A stretch of DNA of 64,000 nt, taken from NCBI GenBank assembly GCA_963828165.1, contig CAWHDR010000001.1, positions 832,001 through 896,000 on the forward strand, in the 5' to 3' direction. Made by a program: the position numbers and the translations under genes. Under the pieces are notes generated by a model. The model was not told the origin of the DNA and ran no database searches. It saw only the letters and a list, made by a program, of their open reading frames with translations. Position 1 is the first letter of the stretch; every line of letters begins with the position of its first letter. Of the stretch, positions 1 to 9,326 are shown one piece after another. Origin of the DNA: an uncultured Chloroflexia bacterium. Its GTDB lineage: Bacteria > Chloroflexota > Limnocylindria > Limnocylindrales > CSP1-4.

Positions 1-2
1 AG

Positions 3-182
3 TGGAATCCGACGAGCACCTTGACCGCCGCCCTGCGCGAGATGTGGGGGTACCCGACACCGCCCGTATCGGACAGCCTCGCCTCGACGGAGCCGGCCCT
101 CGTCACGATCGCCTGGGTGCTCGTGTTCATCGCGGTCTTCGCTCCGCTCGGGGTCCGCCGCTACCGCTCGATGAGCCGCTGA
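3..182 (+). CDS. ABC-2 type transporter permease, C-terminal fragment (runs off the window edge)
   Basis: Own translation in frame 3: WNPTSTLTAALREMWG...VTIAWVLVFIAVFAPLGVRRYRSMSR*. The WNP motif, final TM helix and RRY end are typical of DrrB-like permeases. Confidence 0.75.
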   Translation, partial: WNPTSTLTAALREMWGYPTPPVSDSLASTEPALVTIAWVLVFIAVFAPLGVRRYRSMSR

Positions 183-187
183 CACAG

Positions 188-553
188 ATGGCGGCGCCGC
201 CCTGGCTGCTGGCCCTCGGGCTGGTCCTCGGGCTGCTCGTCCTGCTTCCCGCCCGACGCCTGCAGCTCGCCGGCCTCCCGCCGCGGACGATCGGGATGCT
301 CGCCCTCATCCTGTGGGCGCTGGGGATGCTGGTCGCGGTCAGCCCGGGAGGGGCTCGCGTCCTGATCCCGATCCTGCTCGTGGCCTACCTCGCGCCCTTC
401 GTCGCTGCGCCCGACCGGGTCGGGCGGATCCTGCGGCGTGGTGGCGGCCCTGGTGGCCGGGGCGGTGCGGCCGGCCCACCGATCAAGAACGTCACGCCGC
501 CCGATCCAGACAGCCCGGGCGACGCCCGTTCTGATGGCGGCCCGCGGCCGTGA
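188..553 (+). CDS. Hypothetical membrane protein
   Basis: ATG at 188; three hydrophobic segments and a C-terminal PPIKNVTPP; the stop overlaps the next start (GTGA). Confidence 0.65.
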   Translation: MAAPPWLLALGLVLGLLVLLPARRLQLAGLPPRTIGMLALILWALGMLVAVSPGGARVLIPILLVAYLAPFVAAPDRVGRILRRGGGPGGRGGAAGPPIKNVTPPDPDSPGDARSDGGPRP

Positions 554-1278
554 CCGGGCCCGTCGCGCTCCATGGGGGCGGCGAGTTCCTGCCCGGCGAT
601 GAGGCGTTCCTGCTGGCGATCATGCGTCTGGCGCCCCGGGTAGGCGGGAGGGTCCGGGTCGCCGTCGTCCCCACGGCCGCGGCTCGTGGCCGGCCGGACC
701 TGGCCGCCTCCAACGGTGTCGACGCATTCCGGCGCGTGGCGGCGGATGCCCGGATCGCGATCGTCGTGGAGCCGGTGCGCATCGTGGACGACGCCTCTGC
801 CGCGGACGCGTCCCTCGCCGAGCGCCTGACCACCGCCGATCTCATCCACCTCCCGGGCGGCGACCCGGACATCATCCCGACGCTCTACCCGGGGACCGCG
901 GCATGGGCGGCGATGCAAGGAGCCCACGCGGGCGGGGCCGTGCTCGCGGGCGCCAGCGCCGGCGCGATGGCCCTCGCGGCGTGGACCTGGACGCGACAAG
1001 GCGGCGTGCAGGGCCTCGGGGTCGTCCCGGGGATCGGCGTCGCGCCGCATGCCGACGCCGCGACCTGGGACCAGGCGGTCGCCCGCTATGGCGCCGTCGT
1101 GCCGCCCGGTCTGGGGTTCATCGGCCTGGCGGAGCGGACCGGCGTCATCGTGCCGGCGTCGGCGCGCGAGCCGTGGCAGGTCGTGGGCCAGGGCGAAGCT
1201 CGCTGGCTGAGCGCCGCGGCGCGGGCCGCCGGCGAGCCGCCGGTCGTGGCCGCGGACGGCGACACGATCGTCCCGTAG
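550..1278 (+). CDS. Cyanophycinase-like / peptidase S51 family (class I glutamine amidotransferase-like)
   Basis: LHGGGE, VPTA, LPGGD, GASAGAM nucleophile elbow, PH and GLAE motifs. Confidence 0.8.
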   Translation: MTGPVALHGGGEFLPGDEAFLLAIMRLAPRVGGRVRVAVVPTAAARGRPDLAASNGVDAFRRVAADARIAIVVEPVRIVDDASAADASLAERLTTADLIHLPGGDPDIIPTLYPGTAAWAAMQGAHAGGAVLAGASAGAMALAAWTWTRQGGVQGLGVVPGIGVAPHADAATWDQAVARYGAVVPPGLGFIGLAERTGVIVPASAREPWQVVGQGEARWLSAAARAAGEPPVVAADGDTIVP

Positions 1279-1280
1279 CG

Positions 1281-2477
1281 ATGCGCGCCGACCTGGGCTG
1301 GAGGCTGGATCCAGACGTCACGTTCCTGAACCACGGCTCATTCGGCGCCTGTCCGGAGGCGGTCCTGGCCGTCCAGCGCGAATGGCGGGACCGGATGGAG
1401 CGCCGACCGATCCAGTTCCTGGACCGCGAGCTGGAGGGACATCTCGACGCCACTCGCCGGGCGCTCGGGGCCTTCCTCGGGGCGGACCCGACCGGGCTGG
1501 TCTTCGTCCCGAACGCGACGACCGGCGTGAACGCCGTGCTCCGCTCGCTCCGCTTCGAGCCGGGCGACGAGCTGCTGACCAGCGACCACGAGTACAACGC
1601 CATCCTGAACACGATCGGCGCGGTCGCGAACCGGGACGGCGCGAGGGTCGTCCTCGCGCCGATCCCGTTCCCGACCAGCGGAGAAGACGAGGTCGTCGCT
1701 GCCGTCATGGCGTCCGTGACGCCGCAGACTCGGCTCGCGGTGCTCAGCCACGTCACGAGCCCGACCGCCCTTGTCCTGCCGATCGCGCGCCTCGTCCGCG
1801 AGCTCGAAGCCCGCGGGATCGACACGCTCGTCGATGGCGCCCACGCCCCGGGCACGGTGCCGCTGGATCTCGACACGCTCGGTGCCGCGTACTACGCCGG
1901 CAACGCGCACAAGTGGCTGTGTGCACCCAAGGGTGCCGGCTTCCTGTGGGTCCGCGCCGACCGGCGCGACCGCATCCACCCGACGATCGTCTCGCACGGG
2001 GCCAACGCGACTCGCACCGACCGCGCGCGCTACCAGCTCGAGTTCGACTGGGTGGGCACCGCCGACCCGACGCCTGCCCTGTCGATCCCCGCCGCCATCG
2101 ACTGGGTGGCGCGCCTCGATCCCGGCGGCTGGCCCGCGCTCATGGCCGCCAATCGCGCGCTCGCGCTCGAGGCCCGGGACCGCCTGCTTGCGGCATTCGG
2201 CGGCCCGACGCCCGCGCCGGACGAGCTGGTCGGGTCGATGGTCTCGTTCCCCCTTCACGGGCTTGCGACCGATGCGCAGGCGGAGGCCGTCCATCTCGGC
2301 CTCGTGGACGACAGGATCGAGGTCCCGATCGTGGCGTGGCCCGTCCCAGGAGCCCGCCCGATCCCGACCGATCCCCCGCGGGCCATCCTCGTGCGGGTGT
2401 CCGCGCAGCGTTACGTCGAATCCGACGACATCGAGCGGCTGGTCGTCGCGCTGGGCCGGCGGCTGACCGCCGAGTAG
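1281..2477 (+). CDS. PLP-dependent aminotransferase class V (isopenicillin N epimerase / cysteine desulfhydrase-like)
   Basis: FLNHGSFG, NATTG, DGAH and NAHKWLCAPKG (PLP lysine); ATG at 1281. Confidence 0.88.
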   Translation: MRADLGWRLDPDVTFLNHGSFGACPEAVLAVQREWRDRMERRPIQFLDRELEGHLDATRRALGAFLGADPTGLVFVPNATTGVNAVLRSLRFEPGDELLTSDHEYNAILNTIGAVANRDGARVVLAPIPFPTSGEDEVVAAVMASVTPQTRLAVLSHVTSPTALVLPIARLVRELEARGIDTLVDGAHAPGTVPLDLDTLGAAYYAGNAHKWLCAPKGAGFLWVRADRRDRIHPTIVSHGANATRTDRARYQLEFDWVGTADPTPALSIPAAIDWVARLDPGGWPALMAANRALALEARDRLLAAFGGPTPAPDELVGSMVSFPLHGLATDAQAEAVHLGLVDDRIEVPIVAWPVPGARPIPTDPPRAILVRVSAQRYVESDDIERLVVALGRRLTAE

Positions 2478-2986
2478 ATCCCGCCGAGGAACCGGCTCGG
2501 GACGCGGGTCAGCGGTGTCGTATCGACAAGACCGGCCTCGGCGGCGAGGCGGGCAAAGGTCGTTGCCGTGAACGGATGCGGGACCCAGGGATTGCCCCGG
2601 TCCGCGTCGTATTCGACCACGATGAACGGCGCGGCGGGCCGGAGGTGGGTCGCCAGCGAGTGGATGACGGCCGCCTGCCCGTCACGCGGCACGAAATGCA
2701 GGCTGTTCGCGGCGATCAGCCCATCGAGCGGCGGCAGCTCCAGGTCGGTCGTGAAGTCGGTACGGAGGGTCGTGAGCTCCACGCCGGGAAAGCGTGCGGC
2801 GACCGCGGCCGCGTTGGACCGCAGCGCACCGGCATCCCTATCCACGGCGACGATCCGTGAGCCCGGGCCGAGCACCTCCGCGAGGGCGAGCGTGAACGCT
2901 CCCTCCCCCGCCCCGATGTCCGCCCAGGTGCCGCCCGGACCCGGGATCCCGCCGCGGATGAGGGCGACGTGGTCACGGTGGTCCAT
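2411..2986 (-). CDS. Class I SAM-dependent methyltransferase
   Basis: ADIGAGEG motif I, AVD, LDGLIAANSLHF. Confidence 0.8.
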   Translation of the reverse strand: MDHRDHVALIRGGIPGPGGTWADIGAGEGAFTLALAEVLGPGSRIVAVDRDAGALRSNAAAVAARFPGVELTTLRTDFTTDLELPPLDGLIAANSLHFVPRDGQAAVIHSLATHLRPAAPFIVVEYDADRGNPWVPHPFTATTFARLAAEAGLVDTTPLTRVPSRFLGGIYSAVSRRPSATTSRSMSSDST

Positions 2987-2988
2987 CG

Positions 2989-5826
2989 TCAGCCGGTGTT
3001 CTGCAGGCCGGCAGCAACGCCATTCACGGACATCTGGACGAGTCGCAGGACCCGAGGGCGCTCCGGGTCGTCGTCCGGGAGGCCCCGGAACCTGGCAAGG
3101 AGCCGCACCTGGAGCTCGGAAAGGGCGTCCACGTACGGATTGCGCAGCCCGATCGAGCGTTGCAGGACCGGGGCACCGTCGAGCAGGTGGTCGCGACCGG
3201 TCACCCGCAGGAGCAGGGCCACCGTGCGGTGGTACTCCGCTTCGATCGTCTCCCAGCGGCGGTCGTCGTCCGGGCTCGACGCGAGCGACGCATACCGGCG
3301 GGCGACACCCATGTCCGCCTTGGCCAGGATCATCTCGGCGTTATCGAGCACGGACGCCAGGAACGGCCACGACCGGTACAGCCGACCGATCTCGGCGAGT
3401 CCCTCGTCGCCATGCCTGGCGCGGAACGCATCCAACGCGGAGCCCAATCCATACCAGCCGGGCACGTTGATGCGCGACTGGGACCAGGCGAACGTCCACG
3501 GGATCGCGCGCAGGTCGTCGATCGGGGGCATCGCGGCCCCGGACCCGCCGGCTCGGCCGCGGGCCGCCGGCCGCGAACCGAGACGAAGGTCGGACAGCTC
3601 CGCGATCGGCGTGATGTCGCGGAAGAACCCCGCGAACCCGGGGTCGTCGTGGATGAGCGCGCGATATGCGGTCCGCGCCGTGTCGGCCAGCTCCGCCAGC
3701 AGCGGACCGCCCTCGTGCAACGCTTCCGTGGCGGCGGCATCGTGCTCGGGCGTGGAGGCGATGAGCGCAGCGCCCGTCAGCTGCTCGAGGTGGCGACGGG
3801 CGATGGCGGGATCGGCGTAGTTGGCGGCGATGACCTCGCCCTGCTCGGTGAGCTTGAGCCGCCCATCGACCGAGCCCGGGGCACCGCCCAGGATCGCCCG
3901 ATTGGCCGGTCCGCCGCCGCGTCCGATGGCGCCGCCGCGACCATGGAAGAGCGTCAGCTCGACGCCGTGCTCCCGCGCGACCGCGACGAGCGCCTCCTGG
4001 GAACGATGCAGCATCCAGGCGGCGGCGAGGAAGCCGGACTCCTTGTTCGAGTCGGAATAGCCGAGCATCACCTCCTGGCGGTCGCCGCGGGTCGCGAGGT
4101 GGGCTCGGTAGCCCGGGTCGCGCAGCAGCTCGTCGAGGATCGGGCCGGCCCGAGCGAGCGCGTCGGAGGTTTCGAACAACGGCACGACGTCGAGGCGCGG
4201 GGCCGGGCCTTCGGGCCCGTGAAGGGCGTGGCCCCCACCGTCCGCGCCGCGCTCACGCGCGACCCGCGCGAGGCGCAGCACGTCGGTCACGTCCCGAGCC
4301 TCCGCCGTGAACGAGACGACGAACCGCCGGCACGACTCCTCCCCGAACCGCTCCTGCAGGGCGTCGATGGACCGGAACGTGGCCAGCACCTCGTCGAGCG
4401 TGACGCCCGGCGTGACCTCGCTGCTGCTGTCGGCATCCACCGGACGGGGCGCGTCCCCGAGCCGCTCGAGCGCGGCCCGATGGACCGCGCCGTGCTGTCG
4501 GATCTCGAGCGACGCCAGGTGGAACCCGTAGGTTGCGAGCTGCCAGCGCAATTCGGCGACCTCGCCCCAGGCGATGCGCGCCAGTCCATCGTCCACGAGC
4601 GCCGCCTGGAGCTCGGCCAGCTCCGCGTCGAGGTCCGCGGCCGAGTCGTAATGGCCCGAGCGCGGTCCCGTGTCGTCGGCGAGCGTCACGCGGGTCCGGC
4701 GCAACCGCTCGGCGATGAACCCGAATCGCTGGCGGTAGGGCTCGTCGGGGAACCGGCGGCGGAGCTGTCGGTCGGTCTCGGGAAGGGCCTCGGCATCGCG
4801 GGCCAGGCGGTTCGCCAGGGGCCGCGCGACGCGCGTCGACGTCGTGGCTGCCGAGACCGTCTGCATCAGGCGCATCGCCACCGCCTCGTACCCGTGGAGG
4901 ACGTGATCGGCCTGGATGCGCAGCGTCCGTTCGGTCATCTCGGCCGTCACGGCCGGGTTCCCGTCGCGGTCACCGCCGATCCACGATCCGAAGCGCAAGA
5001 ACGCCGGGACGCGGGGCGGCCGAGCGCCCGTCCGCGGACCCCGGGTGCCCGGGCCGTCCAGTGCCGCGTCGGTGGTGCGATACAGCCGTGGCACGAGCGT
5101 GAACAGCGTCGCGTCGAACACGGCCATCGCCGTGCGCACCTCGTCGAGCGGCTCGGGAGCCACGGAGCGCAGGTCGGAGGTCCGCCACATGAGCGTGATC
5201 TCCTCGCGCAGCCGGCGGCGGACCTCGCGGTCCTCCGATGGGGTGAGGCGCGGGTCGTCCAGTCGCTCGAGCAGCGCCGCGCAACGGCGCAGCGCGATGA
5301 GCGCGGTCCGTCGCCGGGCCTCCGTCGGGTGCGCGGTCAGGACCGGCGTGATGCGCAACCGGCCGAAGATGTCGTCGAGCGCCGCGTCGTCGCGCCCGGT
5401 CCCCCGCAGCCGCGCGATCGCCTCGGCGATCGAGTCGTCCAGGATCCCGTCGCGCGCCGAACGCTCCCGGCGCCGAAGCGCCCGGACGCGGCCGCGGGCC
5501 TCGGCGAGGTTTACGAGCTGGAAGTAGAGGGAAAACGCCGAGATCACCGCCTCCACGGCACCCACGTGCAGGCCGTCGAGCTCAGCCTCGACCCGAGCCC
5601 GGAGCTCCGGGTCGTCAGCGCGCCGGAGGTCGATGGCCGCGCGCCGCAGTCGCTCGACGAGGTCGAAGATCTCGTCGCCAGCTTGCTCCGCGATGACCTG
5701 GCCGAGGAGCACGCCAAGGAGCCTGACCTCGAGCGCGAGGGGGTCGCGCGCGCCGGCCGATCCGATGCCCGTCGGCTCGGCGCGTCGAGCCCGCGGTCCC
5801 GGTCTGCGTCGACCACGTTCCGTCAC
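2989..5826 (-). CDS. ppc: Phosphoenolpyruvate carboxylase
   Basis: VLTAHPTE, SWIGGDRDGNP, MLGYSDSNK, FHGRGG, LRAIPW and C-terminal GLQNTG. Confidence 0.97.
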   Translation of the reverse strand: MTERGRRRPGPRARRAEPTGIGSAGARDPLALEVRLLGVLLGQVIAEQAGDEIFDLVERLRRAAIDLRRADDPELRARVEAELDGLHVGAVEAVISAFSLYFQLVNLAEARGRVRALRRRERSARDGILDDSIAEAIARLRGTGRDDAALDDIFGRLRITPVLTAHPTEARRRTALIALRRCAALLERLDDPRLTPSEDREVRRRLREEITLMWRTSDLRSVAPEPLDEVRTAMAVFDATLFTLVPRLYRTTDAALDGPGTRGPRTGARPPRVPAFLRFGSWIGGDRDGNPAVTAEMTERTLRIQADHVLHGYEAVAMRLMQTVSAATTSTRVARPLANRLARDAEALPETDRQLRRRFPDEPYRQRFGFIAERLRRTRVTLADDTGPRSGHYDSAADLDAELAELQAALVDDGLARIAWGEVAELRWQLATYGFHLASLEIRQHGAVHRAALERLGDAPRPVDADSSSEVTPGVTLDEVLATFRSIDALQERFGEESCRRFVVSFTAEARDVTDVLRLARVARERGADGGGHALHGPEGPAPRLDVVPLFETSDALARAGPILDELLRDPGYRAHLATRGDRQEVMLGYSDSNKESGFLAAAWMLHRSQEALVAVAREHGVELTLFHGRGGAIGRGGGPANRAILGGAPGSVDGRLKLTEQGEVIAANYADPAIARRHLEQLTGAALIASTPEHDAAATEALHEGGPLLAELADTARTAYRALIHDDPGFAGFFRDITPIAELSDLRLGSRPAARGRAGGSGAAMPPIDDLRAIPWTFAWSQSRINVPGWYGLGSALDAFRARHGDEGLAEIGRLYRSWPFLASVLDNAEMILAKADMGVARRYASLASSPDDDRRWETIEAEYHRTVALLLRVTGRDHLLDGAPVLQRSIGLRNPYVDALSELQVRLLARFRGLPDDDPERPRVLRLVQMSVNGVAAGLQNTG

Positions 5827-5862
5827 GACGCGACCCCGGAGCCTCGCCGTGCCCGCCGCGAG

Positions 5863-5912
5863 CGCAACCTAGCGACGACGCGACCGCAACCTTTCTCGGC
5901 CGCAACCTTTCT
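5863..5912. promoter_or_regulatory. Direct repeats in the divergent ppc / histidine kinase promoter
   Basis: CCGCAACCTTTCT at 5884-5896 and 5900-5912, plus CGCAACCT at 5863-5870; TATCGT -10-like box at 5921. Confidence 0.55.
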
Positions 5913-5933
5913 TACCCTTGTATCGTGACCACG

Positions 5934-7292
5934 ATGGCAGCCGATCGGACGACGCTTCGCAACGCACGACCGCCGGGTTCGGCGGGCCGGAAGCGCGCGT
6001 CGGATACGGCCGCGACCGCACCTGGCGGGCGGGAGGGCCCAGGCACGATCTCCGCGCCCGACCAGCTCGATCAGCTGCAGTTCATCCACGATGTCGCGCG
6101 CCTGGCCACGACCGCGCGCACCTGGGACGAGCTGCTCGAGACGGTCGTCGACGGGACGCGCGACGCCCTCCATGCCGATGTCTCCTCGCTCTACCTGCTC
6201 GACCGGGACGGAGCGTACCTGACGCTGGCCGCGACGAACGGCCTCGACCGCTTCCAGATCGGCCGGGCGCGAGTCCCGTTCGGCGAAGGCGTGACCGGCC
6301 ACGTGGCGGCCCATCGCGAGCCGCTGATGATCCCCGACGTCAAGGCCGATCCACGCTTTCTGTGGGTCCGCGGTCTCGACCAGCGCCGCTTCGTCACCTC
6401 CATGCTCAGTGTGCCCCTCTCCTGGCACGATCAGACCGTGGGCGTGCTCAACGTCCAGACCGAGCAGCGCCGCGTCTTCAGCCCCTCGGACGTGGCCCAG
6501 CTGAGCGCGGTCGCCGACCTCCTGGCGGGCATCGTCGAGAAGGGCCGCCAGCAATCGGAGGCGGAGGCACGGGTCGAGTCGCTCAAGGCCATCGACGAGG
6601 CGCGCAGCGAGCTCATCGCCCTCGTCACCCACGAGCTGCGAACCCCGCTGGCCGTCGTGCGGGCGTACGCCGACCTGCTCGCCGAGGAGCCGCAGCTCGC
6701 CGGGCGCGAATCGCGCGACGTCGAGCGGCGCAAGACCCGCGCGGACTGGCACGGCGCCACGCTTGAGCAGATCGAACGGCTCGACCGCCTCGTGGATTCG
6801 ATCCTGGCGTCGGTTCGCGTCGTGCCGGACGACGCTCCGTCGGTCACGCCGGTGGACGTCGAGGCCGTGATCGCCGAGGTCCTCGGCTCGTTGCGACCCC
6901 TGCTCGGGCGCCACCGCGTGGACGCCCACGGTGCGCCGCGACTCCACGCGCTGGCCGACCCGCCTCGCCTCCGCCAGATCATCGAGCACCTCGTCGAAAA
7001 CGCGGTCAAGTACGCGCCGTCCGAGACGACCATCACGATCGACTGGGCGCTCGTCGAGGGCGTCATCCACCTCGGGATCAGCGACGAGGGCCCGGGCATC
7101 CCGGACGAATGGCGCGAGCGGATCTTCGAGCCGTACGCGCGACGCGACACGCACACGGCGCGCGGCTCGGGGATCGGCCTGTATGCCGCGAAGCGACTCG
7201 GTGAATCGATGGGAGCGCACCTGTGGTGCGAGCCGGCCAAGCCGCACGGGGCGCGATTCGTCGTCGCGATGCCGGCCGCGGTCGCCATCTGA
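5934..7292 (+). CDS. Soluble GAF-domain sensor histidine kinase
   Basis: GAF domain (SLYLLD...GEGVTGHVA...DPRF), H-box THELRTPL, N-box ENAVKY, DEGPGI and GSGIGL; no TM helix. Start is ATG 5934 or GTG 5925. Confidence 0.92.
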   Translation: MAADRTTLRNARPPGSAGRKRASDTAATAPGGREGPGTISAPDQLDQLQFIHDVARLATTARTWDELLETVVDGTRDALHADVSSLYLLDRDGAYLTLAATNGLDRFQIGRARVPFGEGVTGHVAAHREPLMIPDVKADPRFLWVRGLDQRRFVTSMLSVPLSWHDQTVGVLNVQTEQRRVFSPSDVAQLSAVADLLAGIVEKGRQQSEAEARVESLKAIDEARSELIALVTHELRTPLAVVRAYADLLAEEPQLAGRESRDVERRKTRADWHGATLEQIERLDRLVDSILASVRVVPDDAPSVTPVDVEAVIAEVLGSLRPLLGRHRVDAHGAPRLHALADPPRLRQIIEHLVENAVKYAPSETTITIDWALVEGVIHLGISDEGPGIPDEWRERIFEPYARRDTHTARGSGIGLYAAKRLGESMGAHLWCEPAKPHGARFVVAMPAAVAI

Positions 7293-7307
7293 CCGCTTGA
7301 GAGGACC

Positions 7308-8027
7308 ATGATCAGCATGACCAGCCGCTCCCTCCGCATCCTCGTCGTGGACGACGACCCCGCGATGGTCGGGGCCATCACCGCGCTCGTCGGGACCGAG
7401 GGCCACCAGGTCATCACCGCGTACGACGGGCTGACCGCCGTGAAGCGCTTCCGCGACGAGCATCCGGACCTCGTCCTGCTGGACCTCGCGATGCCCGGCC
7501 CCGACGGGTTCAGCGTGGCCGGCCAGATGCGCGCCGTCGGCCACGCGCCGATCCTGGTGGTGTCGGGCGAGAGCGGCGAGGCGGCCAAGGTTCGGGCGCT
7601 CGGCATCGGGGCGGACGACTACCTGACGAAGCCATTCGGCAAGGCCGAGCTGCTGGCGCGGATCGCCGCAGTCATGCGGCGGGTGGACCGGCCGGGCGCC
7701 AGTGGCGGTCCCGCCGGTCCGCTGGAAGCCGGGGCCCTGGTGCTGGAGCCCGGACGCCATGAGGCGCACGTCGGAGACGTCGCGCTGGCCCTCACCCCGA
7801 CCGAATTCCGTCTGCTCGAGGCGCTGGTTCGCGCGGACGGCGACATCGTGCCGCACCTGCAGCTGGCCCGAGCGGGCTGGCCGGCGGAGAGCGATCCGGA
7901 CCTGCTCTGGCTGAAGCCGCATCTCGCGCGGTTGCGGGCCAAGGTGGAAGCCGCTGGCGGGCCGCACGTCGTGGCGGTCCGGGGCGTGGGTTATCGGCTC
8001 GTCGTGGAAGGAGTCGCGGGGGGCTGA
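7308..8027 (+). CDS. OmpR/KdpE-family response regulator
   Basis: ILVVDDD, LLDLAMP, GADDYLTKPF, LTPTEF and VRGVGY. Confidence 0.93.
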   Translation: MISMTSRSLRILVVDDDPAMVGAITALVGTEGHQVITAYDGLTAVKRFRDEHPDLVLLDLAMPGPDGFSVAGQMRAVGHAPILVVSGESGEAAKVRALGIGADDYLTKPFGKAELLARIAAVMRRVDRPGASGGPAGPLEAGALVLEPGRHEAHVGDVALALTPTEFRLLEALVRADGDIVPHLQLARAGWPAESDPDLLWLKPHLARLRAKVEAAGGPHVVAVRGVGYRLVVEGVAGG

Positions 8028-8032
8028 CCCGC

Positions 8033-8052
8033 CGCCGATCGGCGGATCGGCG
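8033..8052. terminator. Hairpin between convergent genes
   Basis: CGCCGATC-ggcg-GATCGGCG; no U-tract. Confidence 0.4.
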
Positions 8053-8274
8053 TCAGACGTTCACCGAGATGGCACGGCCGCTCGTGTCGTGCGCGGCGTC
8101 CGCACACGCGACCCGGCACCCGCGGGCGTCGCGCCCGCCGAGCGGATTGAAGTGGAACCACGCGTCACCGGTCGCGGCCAGGCGACAGCCACACGCAGCG
8201 CAGGTGACGGGAGCCGCATGTCCGCCTCGGACGGCGAGGGGGTGGCGAAGCTCGGGTTCGGACGGATGGATCAT
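8053..8274 (-). CDS. Small Cys/His-rich hypothetical protein (possible metal binder)
   Basis: 73 aa MIHPSEPE...CAACGC...WFHF...GCRVAC...H; AAGGTG upstream. Confidence 0.6.
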   Translation of the reverse strand: MIHPSEPELRHPLAVRGGHAAPVTCAACGCRLAATGDAWFHFNPLGGRDARGCRVACADAAHDTSGRAISVNV

Positions 8275-8614
8275 GGCGATCACCTTGTCGTGCTGCAGGC
8301 GGGCGGATGGCGGGACGGAGAGGGTCGTCGACGCGGACGGGTGACGCTTCCCCAACATGACATCGAGCGTAGGTTCTGCCTCGGTCCGTGTCGGCAGCGG
8401 GAGGGCTGCGACACGGTTGCGGCTGGGTGGCGAGGTTCGTAGAACAGCGGTCCGCGAATACATGCCATGTCCTGGCATGTATGGCTGGGATGCTGACGGC
8501 ATCACTCGCGACGTCGAGCTTCTGGCCTCATCGGATCGACCACTCGTGGGCCTATCGATGAGACCAGATGTCGCCCACCATGGCGGCATCGACATCGCCC
8601 AGGAGGCTCGAAAG

Positions 8615-8731
8615 ATGGAAACGCTGTTCGTCTGGATCGTCGTCATCGTCGCGCTCATCGCGTTGGACGCCGGAGCCCTGCTGTGGGGCACCGACTCGCG
8701 CGACCCGTTGCCCGACGACCACCACCGCTGA
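8615..8731 (+). CDS. Small single-TM protein (WGxDSRD type)
   Basis: AGGAGG at 8601; 38 aa METLFVWIVVIVALIALDAGALLWGTDSRDPLPDDHHR. Confidence 0.7.
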   Translation: METLFVWIVVIVALIALDAGALLWGTDSRDPLPDDHHR

Positions 8732-8764
8732 TCATCCCGACTGAGCGCGAACGGAGCCACGACC

Positions 8765-8998
8765 ATGCATCTCCTCTACCACGACCTCGTCATCGATTCG
8801 GAGCGGGAGCGCTCGCGCAAGCACGACGACGCTCGGTATGCCGTCCAGGCCGCCCTGCGAGAACGCGACCACTCCTCGGCAAGGCGGCTACTGGCCATGG
8901 CACTCGCGAGCGTGAGCCGGGCCAGCGCGGCCGGCGTGCGACGCCTCGATGCCTGCCTCGCGGACGACCTGGTCGCCCACGTCGTCGCGACTCGGTAA
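8765..8998 (+). CDS. Small hypothetical protein
   Basis: GGAG RBS; 77 aa with GC3-rich codons. Confidence 0.55.
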   Translation: MHLLYHDLVIDSERERSRKHDDARYAVQAALRERDHSSARRLLAMALASVSRASAAGVRRLDACLADDLVAHVVATR

Positions 8999-9012
8999 AG
9001 GGGTCTCCGGGG

Positions 9013-9325
9013 CTCGCGACACCGCCGATCGATCCCGTCGCCTCGCCGGAGGCCTATCGACGCGAGCTGCTCGCGTGGCTCGGCGAAGACGACCCGGCCG
9101 TGGTCCAGGGAGCCACGGCCGCGCGAGTGCGCGAGCTCGTCCGTGAGGCGGGCGACCGGCTGCGTGTGCGACCGGAGCGGCGCGAGTGGTCGGTGATCGA
9201 ATGCATCGGCCATCTCGTCGATTCGGAGCTCGTCGCCGGCGCGCGGATGCGCTGGATCCTCGCGGAGGACGAGCCGCCACATCGCCCAGGCCGAGCGGGC
9301 GCTCGCTGCGCTCCGGGGCGGCTAG
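9013..9325 (+). pseudogene. DinB-family gene with an internal deletion and frameshift
   Basis: N-part RPERREWSVIECIGHLVDSE...ILAEDEP is joined out of frame at ~9277 to the C-terminus HIAQAERALAALRGG*; no clear start codon. Confidence 0.7.
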
Positions 9326-9326
9326 C

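Noticed and set aside
1281-2477. Beta-lactam biosynthesis (cefD) or ergothioneine (egtE) assignment
   Set aside because: Only family-level similarity; no partner pathway genes in the window.
3160-5928. Long antisense or alternate-frame ORFs (e.g. 3160-5928, 5823-7967, 11493-13919, 33893-35725, 44408-45931)
   Set aside because: These are shadow ORFs of real genes in very high-GC DNA, with Arg/Gly/Pro-rich translations and no motifs.
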